The notes below the pieces were generated by a model that searched no databases, was not told the DNA's origin, and was given only the letters and a program-made list of their open reading frames with translations. DNA of 64,000 bases, taken from the human T2T-CHM13v2.0 reference genome, Homo sapiens. This document shows positions 29,156-42,194 of this stretch, piece after piece. Location of the stretch: NCBI RefSeq assembly GCF_009914755.1, contig NC_060935.1, one strand, 5' to 3'. Positions within the stretch are counted from its first letter, which is position 1. Every line of letters starts with the position of its first letter. The position numbers were made by a program, and so were the translations under genes.

Positions 29156-30726
29156 TCTGCCCCACTTTTGTAACTAGTGAGCGGAGTGACTTTAGAGTAG
29201 CTGCTTAACCTCTTTTTGCTTCTATTTTCTTAACTGAAAAGTGTCATGGCCACACCAAGCATCCTTTCAGGGGCAACACTGTGAGTCTGTGATTTCTCTA
29301 TAGTCTCCTTCTTAAAAGTAGCAGTGAATATTTCTTGGGCCTGTACTATGTGCTAAGAGCTTTGTGCACACCATGTCATTTAATGTACATAATAAGAAGC
29401 TTTTATTAACCCTAATTAGTAAACAGAATACAAGTTCAGAGAGGTTAAGCAATTTGCTCAATGTCAAATGGCTATCAAGCGGCAGAGTGTGGACTCTAGA
29501 GCCCAGGACTCTCTCAGCCACCTTGTCATACTTTTTTTTAAAACCACTTAAGAAAAACATTTCTTTCTTTCTCTTTGAAACAATATTCCACTTCACAGAA
29601 ATAAAGTCATTTTGGGTAAGAAGCAGAAAGATTGTAACATAATGAAATTCAATGCTATCTTTCAACCAGGATTATTGTTGAAATACACAACCAGAATAGT
29701 GTCATAGGTGACATCTTGTTATACTTTTGTCCCACAGAGTCTTCTCCTGGAGTGTGTAGTGGGTGTCTTTTGCTTTTACTAATGGGCAGCCATTTAGCCT
29801 TTTGCAGGGTAAAAGAATTCCAGTTTCTCTCTGGGGAATCACTCTTCCCCCTGCTTTGGATGTTGTGGGCCCCATGAGGTGTGGGGGTGGTAGGACTGGC
29901 CAGTCCTTTTCCTAGTACAGTGATAGCTTCTGGGATGCTCCTGTGATCTAGACAGCTCCAAGGAGATGCACAGACATTATTTAATAAAACAAACCTATAG
30001 GCCTGTTGAGAACTATGTTCTCTTTTGTTGGCATTGAATTTAGCCCTGGGCTTACAGCTGAGTCAGCCATCTTGCTTCCACCTAAGCCCTGCCTGAGAAA
30101 GAAGCTGACTTAGAAGACAGCAGGGCTGGCAGATGAAAATGTCACATACCCTTGACCACCCCACCCGCTGCACTCAGCAATTCCTGAAAATCAAGATCTA
30201 CCCCCTGGAGTTTTCAGTTATCTATGCCAATAAAATCCTCCATTGATTTCAGCCTATTTGAATCCTGTGGTCTGTCACTCACCAACAGAAAAGTCCTAAT
30301 CGATTTTTTTTTTAAAGCAGAGTGAAAAGAGTAAAAGTCCAATTATCTGGCTTCAGCCCCCCATCCTGGTGGGAGGGTGATCCACTTCCAAGGTGAGATC
30401 TCCATTCAGGAGCAGACCACACTCTCCTCAGCATTTCTGGAAATGCCTGCTCCTCTGAACTGAGTGAGCATGTGGATTTTATCCAAGAATAGAGGCTGCT
30501 TCTGGGGGCTGCCAGAATAACCTGGCTGCAGAGTACCAAGCCCTGAGTTAGCTGTGGAGAGGTAGCCCTTCTCCCTCCCTTTCTCCCACCCTGGGAAGAG
30601 CCAGTGCATCTGCAGTAGTGCTCCCTCTCCCCAAGCCACTGCTCTTTAAGGCCAAGGGCTATGGAACCCTCTGGAAGGAAATGTGAAATCAATCAATACA
30701 TTTATAAATGAATGTAAAATCATATA

Positions 30727-31112
30727 TGTTATGCGTTGAATTGTAACCCTCCAAAAATCTATATGTTGAAGTTCTACCCCTAATACTTCATAATGTGGCT
30801 GTATTTGGAGATAGACTGTGTTTTAAAGAGGTAAAATGAGGTCATGAGGGTGGGCCTCAACCCAGTATGACTGGCATCCTTATAAGAAGAGGACATTTGG
30901 ACAAACATATGCATACAGATGGAAAACAGTGTGAGGGCACATTGGGAAAGTGGCCATCTACAAGACAAGGAGACAGGACATGGAGGAAACGAACCCCAGT
31001 CGCATCTTGGTCTTCAACTTACGGTCTCCAGGAGCATGAGAAAATACATTTCTGTTGTTTAAGCCACCCAGTCTGTGGTACTTTGTTATGACAGGCTTAA
31101 CAAATAAATATA
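30727..31112 (+). mobile_element. MLT1A/B LTR
   Basis: tgttatgcgttgaattgt...tatttggagatag...ccttataagaagagg...ctgttgtttaagccacccagtctgtggtactttgtta. ATATA flanks. Confidence 0.85.
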
Positions 31113-31145
31113 ATATATGAAATAAATTGTACAAATAGCGATACA

Positions 31146-31437
31146 GGCTGGACATGCCTATAATCTCAGCACTTTGGGAGGCCGAGGCAGGAGGATTGAT
31201 TGAGGCCAGGATTGATTGATCAGCCTGGGCAACATGGCGTGACCCTATCCCTACAAAAGTTAAAAAATTAGCCAGGCATGTCATTGCTTGCCTATAGTCC
31301 TAGCTACTCAGGAAACTGATGTGGGAAGATGGCTTGAGCCCAGGAGTTTGAGGCTGCAGTGAGCCATGATTGTGCCACTGCACTCCAGCCTGAGCAACTA
31401 AGCAAGGCCCTGCTTCTAAAACAAACAAACAAAAAAA
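31146..31437 (+). mobile_element. AluJ
   Basis: gcttgagcccaggagtttgaggctgcagtgagcc AluJ diagnostic, A-rich tail. Confidence 0.9.
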
Positions 31438-31455
31438 GTTGATATAAATATACAC

Positions 31456-31823
<368 letters not shown>

Positions 31824-32379
31824 TAGATCTATACCTATCAGATTCATCTATATTCCCACATCTCTATCTCTGTCTTTGCATGTATATTCTTGCCTGGAAA
31901 CTTCCAATGCTTCTTCATTGTCAGAGAACGGGATGTGATGCCTGGCGCTTGAGGCCCTACTTTCCTCTTCAGTTCCCACCACTCCAGTCCAGTTATCCTC
32001 TTCCCCCAACGACTGGGCTTCCTCAACACCCGCTCCTCCCCATTTCCCAAAGGGTCCCCTTCTTGGCACAAGCTGTTCCCAGCCGGGATGCCTTCTCCAC
32101 CACCCCACCTAATGAACTTCTGCTTACCCTGCAAGGATGCAGAAATTGCACCTTGTCTGTAAAGCTTTCATCATCTTCCCAAGAGAAGATGAGTCACTTC
32201 CTTCTCTGTTCTCTCTGGCATTTTGTACACACCTCTATTAAGACGTTTATTTCATTGTGTGGTAATTATTCGTGTATGGGTTTGTCCCCCAAGCAGCCTG
32301 CCAGTTCCTTAAGGAAGGAACTTGTTCCCCCTCATCTTTGCAGCGGCAGGCACAATGCCTGGCACACGGAGGACGGATT

Positions 32380-33150
32380 TCAGGTCAGACGAAGAAGGCA
32401 CAGAATCCAGGTGGGTGGGAGGGGCGCAGTGGGGGATGCCTGGGCTCCTGAGGCCGCCCGCTTGAGGGTGAGGGGTGCAGTGGGGGACTCAGCCCGCGAT
32501 CGCCCTCGTGGGCTGTTTTCTCCCACCCCCTCCACCGCAAGGAAAGCCCGGCTGATTGGACAAACAAAAGCCTTGAGTTAAACGTCGTTGGCGGGAAGAG
32601 AATTGCAGGAGCTCTCGACAGCAAATTAGGTAACTAAAGCCAAGCGTGGTGGCTTTCGGAGATTAAATGCATTATAGATTTGCTAAACCAGAGGCAAGCC
32701 AAAGAAAAGGTAGTCAGATCAATGCTACCCTTCAGGCAGCCGGGGCGGCCTGGGGACGCGCAGCGTCCGTCGCGCAATCGCTCCAGCTTGAATGCGAGAC
32801 ACGCGGGTTTAATTTTTCATTTCCAATCAAGACCACATCCCCCACCTCGGAGTCCCAGAAACACGGTCCTTCCTCGGGTTCTTTTCACAGGCCGCATCGC
32901 GGAGAGGAGGGAAAATTATCCAGAGATAATGGTGCTGATTATGGGACGGCAAGTGGCTGGGAAGCGCAGCGGACGCCTGTAGATGAGGAGCTGGGGAGGC
33001 CCGGGGCGTGCGCTGGGCAGGGGCATAGGCAAGGCCAGCCCGGTCCCGCGCTCCCGTCCCGCGGATTGCAGCCCCCGTTCTGGTGCCTCAGCCCTGAACC
33101 CAGGGGAGATGGCCCAGTTCAGGAGGCACGTTTAGACTTCGTTGAAAGTT
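32380..33150. promoter_or_regulatory. CpG-rich island-like segment (candidate orphan promoter/enhancer)
   Basis: Visibly higher CpG and GC than the flanks. CTGATTGG (32552-32559), AACAAAAG (32563-32570) and TTGGCGGGAA (32588-32597). Confidence 0.6.
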
Positions 33151-34036
33151 CTTTTTTTCAACCCCACCCACCTTTTCATTCAGGAAAAAGAACAAAGAAT
33201 TTCAGAATGCGAAGAACTCGGAGAAGGCTGTGGCCCAGAATGCCTGGGTACAGGAGACAGGATTATGGGAGCAAGATTCAGACAATCTGAGGACCTGGGT
33301 CCTGGTCCCTGCCCCCGAGGCAGACTCTCTTTCTTGCGTCTGGGCCAGACAGGGCCCCTGGTCTCTAAGGTCTGGACCTCAGAAGCAGGACCAGGAGCAA
33401 GTGAGCACGATCGTTCTCTCTGCTCCACAGCCTGGAGAGGAGAAGGTTAAAGTCCTCATGCTCCTGAAGAAATACCAGAAGGGGAGCGGGTGATTCTCAA
33501 TCTCTTCTGAAAAGGAGACAAAAGAATATTAACTCGAGTTGCAGCTTGAGGGACTCAGATTCGACCTAAAAAAAGGAATTATCACAGAGGGGAGTTGTTA
33601 AAACATGAAATTGGATACAACAGGAGGTTTCAAAACCTCTTTTTCTATAGAACTTTAAAGAATCACAGTATTGCCTGAGTCTGAGATGAGCCATACATGG
33701 GGCCTCCTCAGAGGGTGGATGGACCCCACCACGCTCTGAGCTTCCCGACCTGATTGAATTCTCTCTACTGTTGATTGAGTTCCTTCTGTGGGCCTGGCTC
33801 GCATCCGGGCACTCTGGGCATGATGTTCCACTTAACCCCTGATTCAGACCTAGCAGGTGGGTGTTGTAGCCTGAAAACGAGGACACAGAAGAAGGTCACC
33901 AGGAGCTGCACATGAGCGTTGAAAACAACCCGGAGCCTGGCTGGTTTCAAAAGGCACACTCTGTCCAAGCAACACATCCTCTCTCCTTGGAAAGAGGCAG
34001 AAGGGGAGGTGAGGGAGTGTTGTCTCTGAGGGCATT

Positions 34037-34039
<3 letters not shown>

Positions 34040-34067
<28 letters not shown>

Positions 34068-34169
34068 GAGACGGAGTCTCACTCTGTCGCCCAGGCTGGA
34101 GTGCAGTGGCATGATCTCCACTCACTGCAAGCTCAGCTCCGCCTCCCAGGTTCATGCCATTCTCCTGCC
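34040..34169 (-). mobile_element. 5'-truncated AluY
   Basis: Only the last ~100 nt of the right monomer plus ~T28. AluY diagnostics cactgcaagctc and gccattctcc. Perfect 16-bp TSD ctctgagggcatttct. Confidence 0.92.
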
Positions 34170-35658
34170 CTCTGAGGGCATTTCTACACAGCCTCACAGG
34201 GGTGACACCCAAGAGGCGAGAGGCGTGATTCACGTGCTCCCTTTGCAGAGGTGGCTGCAGGGCCCCAGGCTCGGGCTACGGACATGAAGAGGGGCCTCAC
34301 AGGACTCCTAGCAGACAGGAAGCACCCGACTCTCAGGACTTCAGAGACAGCAGCGCTGACAGCAGCCACCTGTGATCAAATATTCCTTTTGCTCCTTTTT
34401 CAGGCTTGGAGAGTCACTGCCAGAAGGCCACGTGCTTCCTGACAGCATAGTGGCACAGGCTGTTAAGTCCTGGGAGAGAGAGGCAGGGCTGCCACCCCTC
34501 AAAGGACAGAGGGGAGGTGGCCTCAGAGCCCCACTCACAGCCCTGGGAACTTGAATACCTCAAAGGCTGCAAAGACCTAGGCCCACACCCTGGCCACTCA
34601 GCCCCTGACACAACAGAAGCCCTCCTGGTCATATGGCTTTCAGAGAAAGGAGCCCAACTGCCACTGCTTTTCCCAACCCACTGTCCCCATAGGAATAGGA
34701 GGCTGAGATGCTCCTGGGTGCTGAATGGGAACCCCAGGCTAAAGGCGCAGAGGCAAGGCTGCAGGTGAGTAAGGAGAGAGGAGCCACTAGAACCAGGCAC
34801 AGGGCAAGCAGCACCCACCAACTGTGGGCTTGGCATCCTTGGACACAGGGAACCTTTTTTATCCTCAGTTCTCTCATCTGCAAATGGCAACAATAACAAT
34901 ACCTATGTCAAAGGTAATTAGGAAGGTTAAAGGAGTCAGGGTCTCTAGAGTGTTTGGAACTGTGCTTGCAACATAAAAAGCACTCTACATGTGTTAACTG
35001 TTATTATTACCCCATTATCACTACTAAAACTACGACTATGAAAAGATAAGGAAGAAGCAGTATAAACACAGGAGCAGGAGAAACAAAGAAAAGGTCTTTT
35101 TTTTTTTTTTTTTGGTAATATAATCCCTTACCAGAATCCTGTCCCTGGGCTCCTTCTGGGCTGTTAGAACACAGCCTTACTCTAAGGCTCAGGCTGCAGG
35201 GAGATGGGACTGAGCCCTCCATAGTCACCAAGTGGGCCCAGCCCAGGTTTTGGCAGTCAAAGTCTCCGGTCCCAGGAGCCTCCTTATTCCTAGCAAACTG
35301 GGATGGTTGGTCATCCCACATCACCTCTGAGAAGACAGCAGTGAGGCCCCACTTTCACTCACTTATGCAGTTGCTTAGTATGCACAGTACTGAGTTGAAC
35401 ATACTCCCTCCCTCCCTCTCTTCCTCCCTCCTTCTGTCTTCCCCTCCTTCTCTCCTTCCTTCCTTCTCTTATTTTGTTTATTTAGCTTAGATTCTGCTCA
35501 TCCCCTCTCCCCCTTCATTTGCTGACCAGCAGCACACACATCTGCAACAGCAGAAACTGTGGCCAGCTATTAAGGGATGGGGTTGCTTGGGGAGCCTGCC
35601 AAATTACCAGGCAGAGTCCGGTGTCTGGAAGGGGGTCCAGTCCAGCTCTATTGCTTAT

Positions 35659-36022
35659 TGTCTTAGTCAGTTTGGGCTGCTTTAACAAATACCATAGATT
35701 GACTGGCTTAAACAACAGACATTTATTTCCGACAGTTCTAGAGGCAGAGAAGTCCAAGATCAAGACAATGGCAGATTTTGTTGGTGGTGAGGGCCCTGGT
35801 TTAGAGACTGCTGCTTTCTTTCTGTATCCTCACAGGACAGAGAGAATGAGCTCCGTTCCCTTTATCCCCTTATACGGGCACCACCTCATCATGGGTTCCC
35901 TATTCTCATGACCCCATCCAAGTTCAATTACCGACCAAAGGCTCCATCTCCAATACAATCACATTGGGGATTACGACTTTGATGATGAATTGGGGTGGGC
36001 GGCAAACATTTAGTCTGTAGCA
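35659..36022 (-). mobile_element. MLT1A-type LTR
   Basis: tgtcttagtcagtttgggctgct...ggcttaaacaacagacatttattt...tagca. TSD CTTAT. Confidence 0.88.
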
Positions 36023-38760
36023 CTTATTAATACAAAGGCTTTTGAATATTTTCACCAAGTCCAAACTCTCTCTGGATGGCCCTGGGGAACTAGCAACTGG
36101 ATGCCCTTCGCTCCCTGAGGTGGCAGAGAGTAGAGAGGAGCTGCAGCTCCAAGCTTCCAGCCCTGGGTCCCGTTCCTTCCAATGTGGGCTTAAGTGGCTG
36201 TGAATTTTCTAGGCTTCCTGGCAAGTTGGACAGACTGTGCCTTACTGTCCGGGTGTCTGTGTGTGTTTATTTAAGAGAAAGTGTGGAGGCCAGAGAGCAA
36301 GCAAAGGGCCAGAGTGCGGGAGAGAGCAGGCTTGTGTGTGCACAGGCAGGTGGGCAGGTCTGATTGACAAGATCAGAACAGAGCTCCTGGATTCAATCAG
36401 TCTCCCTCACCCTGGCAAACAATTCTGAGAGGCAATTAGGTGAGAGTGGAAGGGGGACTGGGGAGGGAAGCCAAGAAAGGGGTGCTTGGGGAGGGCTCCT
36501 AAGAGATGGGGCCCAGGGCTCTGGCCATAACCCTTTCCTGCTATTCCTGAGATCAGAGATTAGGACATGGAGGGGTGTCACAGTATCACATCTGGGATCC
36601 ACAAAGCCTCTGTGCTTCTGTCCTGGGAAGCTCTGACCCAGACCACAAGGTATGGCCAGTGAAGTTCAGGTGGGGTGCCGTCCTCTCCTGGCACACAGTA
36701 TGTGCTTCTAACATGGCTGACGTTCTGGCCCTTTATGCAGGGGCTTTGGCTGTTTTTCCCGCCCCATCCACCCTGATGGGGACTTGGTGAGTCCTAGGGA
36801 GTGGGCAGCACAGTTGAGCATCTCTCCCCTGCAGTCCTGCTCTGCATTGCAGATGGGAATCAGGAAGGAGTTCCGGAAGGACATTTCCAGGATTGCAAGT
36901 GTTGCCTTTCATTGGCTGTATTCTCTGACCTCCTCCTGGAGTTCACAAGGTACAGGGGAGGAAGGGCTGCTGACCACCGTCCGCCAGAGACAGCACTCTG
37001 GGTAGCAGAGCCCTGGGCACTGGTTCTCTGCCATCTGCAACCCTCATTCTGGATGTGAGCTGAGCAGCAGCTGCCTTCTGGAAGCTTCAATTGTAGCCCA
37101 CGCCTCACAGAGGGAAGCAGTGCAAGAGTGGGGATGGCTCAGCGCTGGACAGTCCCCTTCAGGACTGAGGCAGCAAAGCAGTTCCAGGGACTCCCTGGGT
37201 CCACTGCCTGGGAAATCAATTGGGTCACCCTTGGTTTTGAAGAGGCGTGAGCCTGTCATGAGTATCCCAGACGCAAGCACCCTACCCTTGTCTTATTTAT
37301 TTGTTTTACTTTCCCCATGAAAATGTAAGCTTCCTGAGAGCAAGAACTTCTTTAAAAACAAACAAACAAACAAAAAACACTCTGTCTCCCTAGCACTTAG
37401 AAAAGTGCTGGGCACAAAGCAGATTTCAATAAAATCATTCACCAAATGAAGGCATGAATAGGGAAGCATTATTATTCTATTCCAGCCTCATTTTACAGAT
37501 GATGAAACTGAGATAAAGACGGGTTCATGAACTCACCCTAAGGATCCCTCCTAGCCTTAGGCTTTTGGGGAAGATGTGCTTACCAACAACCCTTACTCCC
37601 TGGAAGTTCTTCTGCTAGTCTGACTCGCTTCCTTCCTAATACAAGCATGGCTCATTTCCACCAGTGAAGTTCAGCTGAGAAACACATTCATCTGGAGTCC
37701 CTTGAAGTGAAGTGAACGTTTCCAGGTGAGGCTGCCATCTTGGAGGGAGGTTCCTCACCCCTTACTGGAAAGTCGCTGGTAGTAATAAGAACTGCCTCCA
37801 CTATACATCTGTCTTTTTCTGCATGGAAGGGGAGGGCGCCTTTAAATTACTTTAGCTATAGATCTCACAATTACTTTCCCTCTCTCTAATTTGGATGTTA
37901 ATGTATTAGCTGCAGCTTTGCCTTCTAGGCTAGAAATTGTTTTTCCCCCGCCCTGAAATTATACATCCAGATAGAGTAGTGTTCATTAAAGTAAGATTAG
38001 GAGAGGATAATATGTGAGAGGTATGTAATCTTTTGCAAATGGTTAGTAAATTGGAACTACCCCAATTACAATCTTGTTCATCACACAGGGCTGAATTACT
38101 CTGCCTGGGACGGGAGTCTCAGCCACAGCTCTGCTCAGCTCACATTTCATAAATATTGTATACACATGATATTCTCAGCCATCTGCTTCGCAGGTCGCTG
38201 GGCACGTTTTCTGACTTTCTGGTTGACTGCAGAGAGTGACAGGGCAGGGCGGCCATCCTGTGTGTTTACCTCAAAGCCCAGTGAGGCTGGCCTTCCCCTG
38301 GGGCTCTCCTGATAGCATATGCCTCAGGCTCGATGCCATGGACACACACCAGGCTCGAGGGCATCCTCTTTGCCCCCACTAAGGCCTTGCCACGGCCCCC
38401 AGGGTCTTCCCAAGCAGCGACCTGGGAGGTGTGCCTTGGGCTGTCCCTGAAGGGTCCATCTCTAGAAGGAACTTGGAGGCGGATAAAGGTGATTTAGAGA
38501 ACCTGCCTCACTTCCTGGCTCAGGGTGGCTGGGAACTGGGCAGTGCCCTGGGTTGGCTGTGAGGTCCAGCTTCTGCCTCTCATGGGCAGATGGTCTGAGA
38601 GCATGGAGGGTGCGCCCTGCTTCTTACAGGTGTTCTGCTCAGCATCAGTGGCTGGGTCCATCTCTTCCTCCTACTCCTTGGATCTGACCAGAGCAGCTCC
38701 CTCTAAACACTTTGTTTCCCTAAAAGCTCATTTCTTTCCAAGAGAGAATGAAAGATGTGA

Positions 38761-39103
<343 letters not shown>

Positions 39104-39559
39104 TGCCCTACTATGTACCAGTTGTGTGGTCCTGAACAAATAGCTTAGCCACTTTGTGCTTGGGTTTCCCCATCTGTAAAATGGGTAATAATTGTATCTA
39201 TCCCATAGGGTTGTGCTGAGTTAATACTTAGAACTGCAACTGTCATACTGTAAATGCTCAGTAAAGGTTTGTCATTATTTCGTTGCAAAGATATCTTGGC
39301 TTTCTTCCTGCTGATTGCAGCATCTCCAGAAGACAGCATGCCAGAGAACGTGTGCTAGATGCGAGCTCTAAGCAGGAGGGAACCAGACAAAGACAAAGGG
39401 CTGGATCATTTTAAGTGTTAACAGTGTGCTCAGCACCATGTTTAATGGAGGTTACTTTATCCCATTCTCACAGTTTTTTGAAGCGTATATATTATTATGC
39501 CCACTGTACAGATGAGGAAGGTAAGGCTCAAAGCTTTTTGAAAAACAGACTTCCTGCTT

Positions 39560-40450
39560 CTGCCTTGTTTGAAATTTCCAGTTTGCCATTTGTTTTAGGA
39601 TAAAATCCCAAATCCTTAACCTGGCCCATAAAATCCTCCATAATCTGATTCTAGCCCACCTTCTTGTTCACCCCTGCTCACTCTCGGCACTCCTATCTTA
39701 TCGGCCTGTTCGTCAACATCCTACACCCTTCCACTTCCAGGCCTTCGCAGAGGCTCTTTCTTCTCCTTGAACCTGACTTCTCCTTCCCTTTTTACCTAAA
39801 CAATTCGTATTCATCCCTCAGGTCTCAACACTTCTCCAGAGAAGTCTTCCTTGAACTGACAACCTCCAACACCCCCATCCCCACCTCCTAGATAAGGCTC
39901 CACTCACATATGACTTCACAGTAACCCATGGCTTCTTCATAGCACCTCTTACAACTGTAATGAAGTGCTCAACTGTGTGTGTTGTTTGTCTTACTAGAAT
40001 GCAAGCCCCATCAGGACAGGGTCTGTGTTAGTCAGGAGAGACTGGACTCTGTGGTGGAAACATAAATCCCAAATCTTATGTTTCTCCCTCATGTAACGTG
40101 TCCTGTGGGGTTGAGCAAAGGCTTCTGCTCCACCTTGTCACTCAGAGATCCAGGACAGGGGAGGATTCAGTACCTTGTGTCTGCACCGTGTGGAACATTG
40201 ACATTTTCAGTGGCTGCAGCAAGGCAAGGGAAACATTGGGGAATCATGTGGGCATAGGTAAAATGCAGGTGCAGCACAGAAAGGAGGCACGCACTCTGCC
40301 CAACTGCAAGGGGGCTGAGACCTACAGAGGAGCAGGTGGATTATTTGATCCGCCATAGGGTCTTAACCAACGTGTTCCCTTGTGTGTTCTCCATGTCTAG
40401 CACATTGCTTGGCACATAGTAGGAGCCCCAGAATATCAGCTGAATGAATG
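39560..40450 (+). mobile_element. L2 3' region interrupted by an old MLT1-like fragment (~40025-40370)
   Basis: L2 motifs taggataaaatcccaaatccttaacctggccc...tggcacatagtagg...tgaatgaatga. Confidence 0.6.
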
Positions 40451-40928
40451 AGCGTGCCAACATAAGTCTATCCAGATCGCGTAGCCAGCACATGGTGATG
40501 GAGGTGGGCTTTGGACCACGATCCTCCTATTTGCAAAATCTTTGGCCTTTGCACTCTACCTTGTAGTCACTCCTGATTTATGGAATGCCTTTTTTCCTCC
40601 CCATGTAGAGAACAGAATATCATGCATTTAGCCACTTAATAGATTTGTTTTTCCTGATGAAGGTGATGAAAGTTGCATGTCCTCCAATCAGCCTTGCAAT
40701 CAGCCATTCATCCACTCACCCAAGACAAGTGGCAATTCAAAAGCAGCTAACATTTCTTAAGTGCCTACTGTGTGCCAAGTGTGTGATTCCAGCTAAGGCA
40801 CACAAAAGCTCGGTGAGGTGAGTGCTGTGTTTCCTGCTTTGCAGATGAAGACACTGACACTGGGAGTGAAGCCTGGACCCAGATGCAGGTCTGCTGGCTG
40901 AAGTCCAGAGCTCTTCCCCCAGAGCAGT

Positions 40929-41125
40929 CAGTGGCTGTTACAGTGGAGCAGGCATCGGAATCACCTAGAGGACCAGAGCAAATGCAGATGGCTGGGCCTT
41001 GCTCTAGTTTTCATTCAGTAGAAGTGGCGGGAGGAGGGGGGGTGGCCTGAGAATCTGCATTTTTAATGCACTCTCAGGTGACACCAGGTGGCAGGCCCAG
41101 TGCCTATGTTTTGAGAATGGCTTCC
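40929..41125. mobile_element. MER5-type MITE
   Basis: gcatcggaatcacctagagg...aaatgcagatggctgggcc...ggcctgagaatctgcatttttaa...tttgagaa. Confidence 0.7.
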
Positions 41126-42110
41126 CTACAGCATGCTGCCTGGGGAGGGTGAGGAGGGTTTCCTCTGTTAACTGGGCTCTGGTGTCGTGGCTGGAGGAGC
41201 TTGGGGGTCAGGAACATAACATCTCGGGTGGCTGGTATTTGGTCCTCCTCTGTGAGGCTGCCTGCAATCGAAGTCTGTAAAATGAAGGGGTTGGACGGGA
41301 TGAGCTCTGGGGGTGCTCTGCAGATCTGACAGGCTGTGTTCTGTGATTGGATGAGCGAAACCAAAGCTACAGATTCCATTTAAGTCTCTTCCTAGGTGGG
41401 AAGTGCTACAGACTAAAGATTTTATAACAATAGATACCCAGGGAAGTCAAGGAGTTATCGAGTAGCCACTGTGTGCTCAGCATATTGGAGGGCTGTGGGG
41501 AATCCAAGACAAGTGTATGATATGACCCTGCTACTCCAGGTACCAACAGCCTGTTTGTGCAGACAAAACACACACTGGAAACAATGAGAGAAAAACGTGT
41601 CAGTATATAACCAAGTGCTAATTGGCGTGAACCTGGTTAGGAGCTACCTATGGGGTTTAGGGAGCCCCAGGGGGAAGGTAAGCCTCCTGGAACCTAAGAG
41701 TTTGAGAACCTATAACTAATATTTGTGTACAGCACAGTATTTTAACCCACGTGAGCCCCATGGCAAGGTGTGAGGTGGACATTTTAAAGATGAAGAAACA
41801 GACTCAGAGACTTGCCCAAAGTCAACTTTTATTAAGTAAAGAAATTGGGATTTGAACCCCAGCCTGCTGATAACAGAGCCCTTGCTCTGCAAAAGGTATG
41901 GGAGGTGAAGCAAGGGAGAAGGGAGGGACAAGCAAAGACGTGCCAGGTGCATTCCATCTAGGCCATGTGCAGAGGCTTGGGTGAGATGAGTTGGCAGAGA
42001 GGTTGGGTGAGCAAAGTGAATGTCAACTTGATAGATCTGAAAAGCCGCCCTGGGATCCTTGAGTACAATGAAAATACTAAAATCATGGAATGGGTACAAG
42101 GAGTGTTTTA

Positions 42111-42194
42111 TTAGGTTGGTTCAAAAGTAATTGTGGTTTTTGTCACTTAAAAAATGTCATGGCAAAAAACGCAGCTGCTTCTGCATCAATCTAA
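42111..42194. mobile_element. MADE1 (Hsmar1-derived MITE)
   Basis: Palindromic ttaggttggttcaaaagtaattgtggtttttg...caaaaaacgcagctgcttctgcatcaatctaa with TA on both sides. Confidence 0.9.

Noticed and set aside
32667-33290. 207-aa ORF in the CpG-rich segment
   Set aside because: GC-rich sequence is stop-poor, and no domain was recognised. Ribosome profiling would be needed to revisit it.
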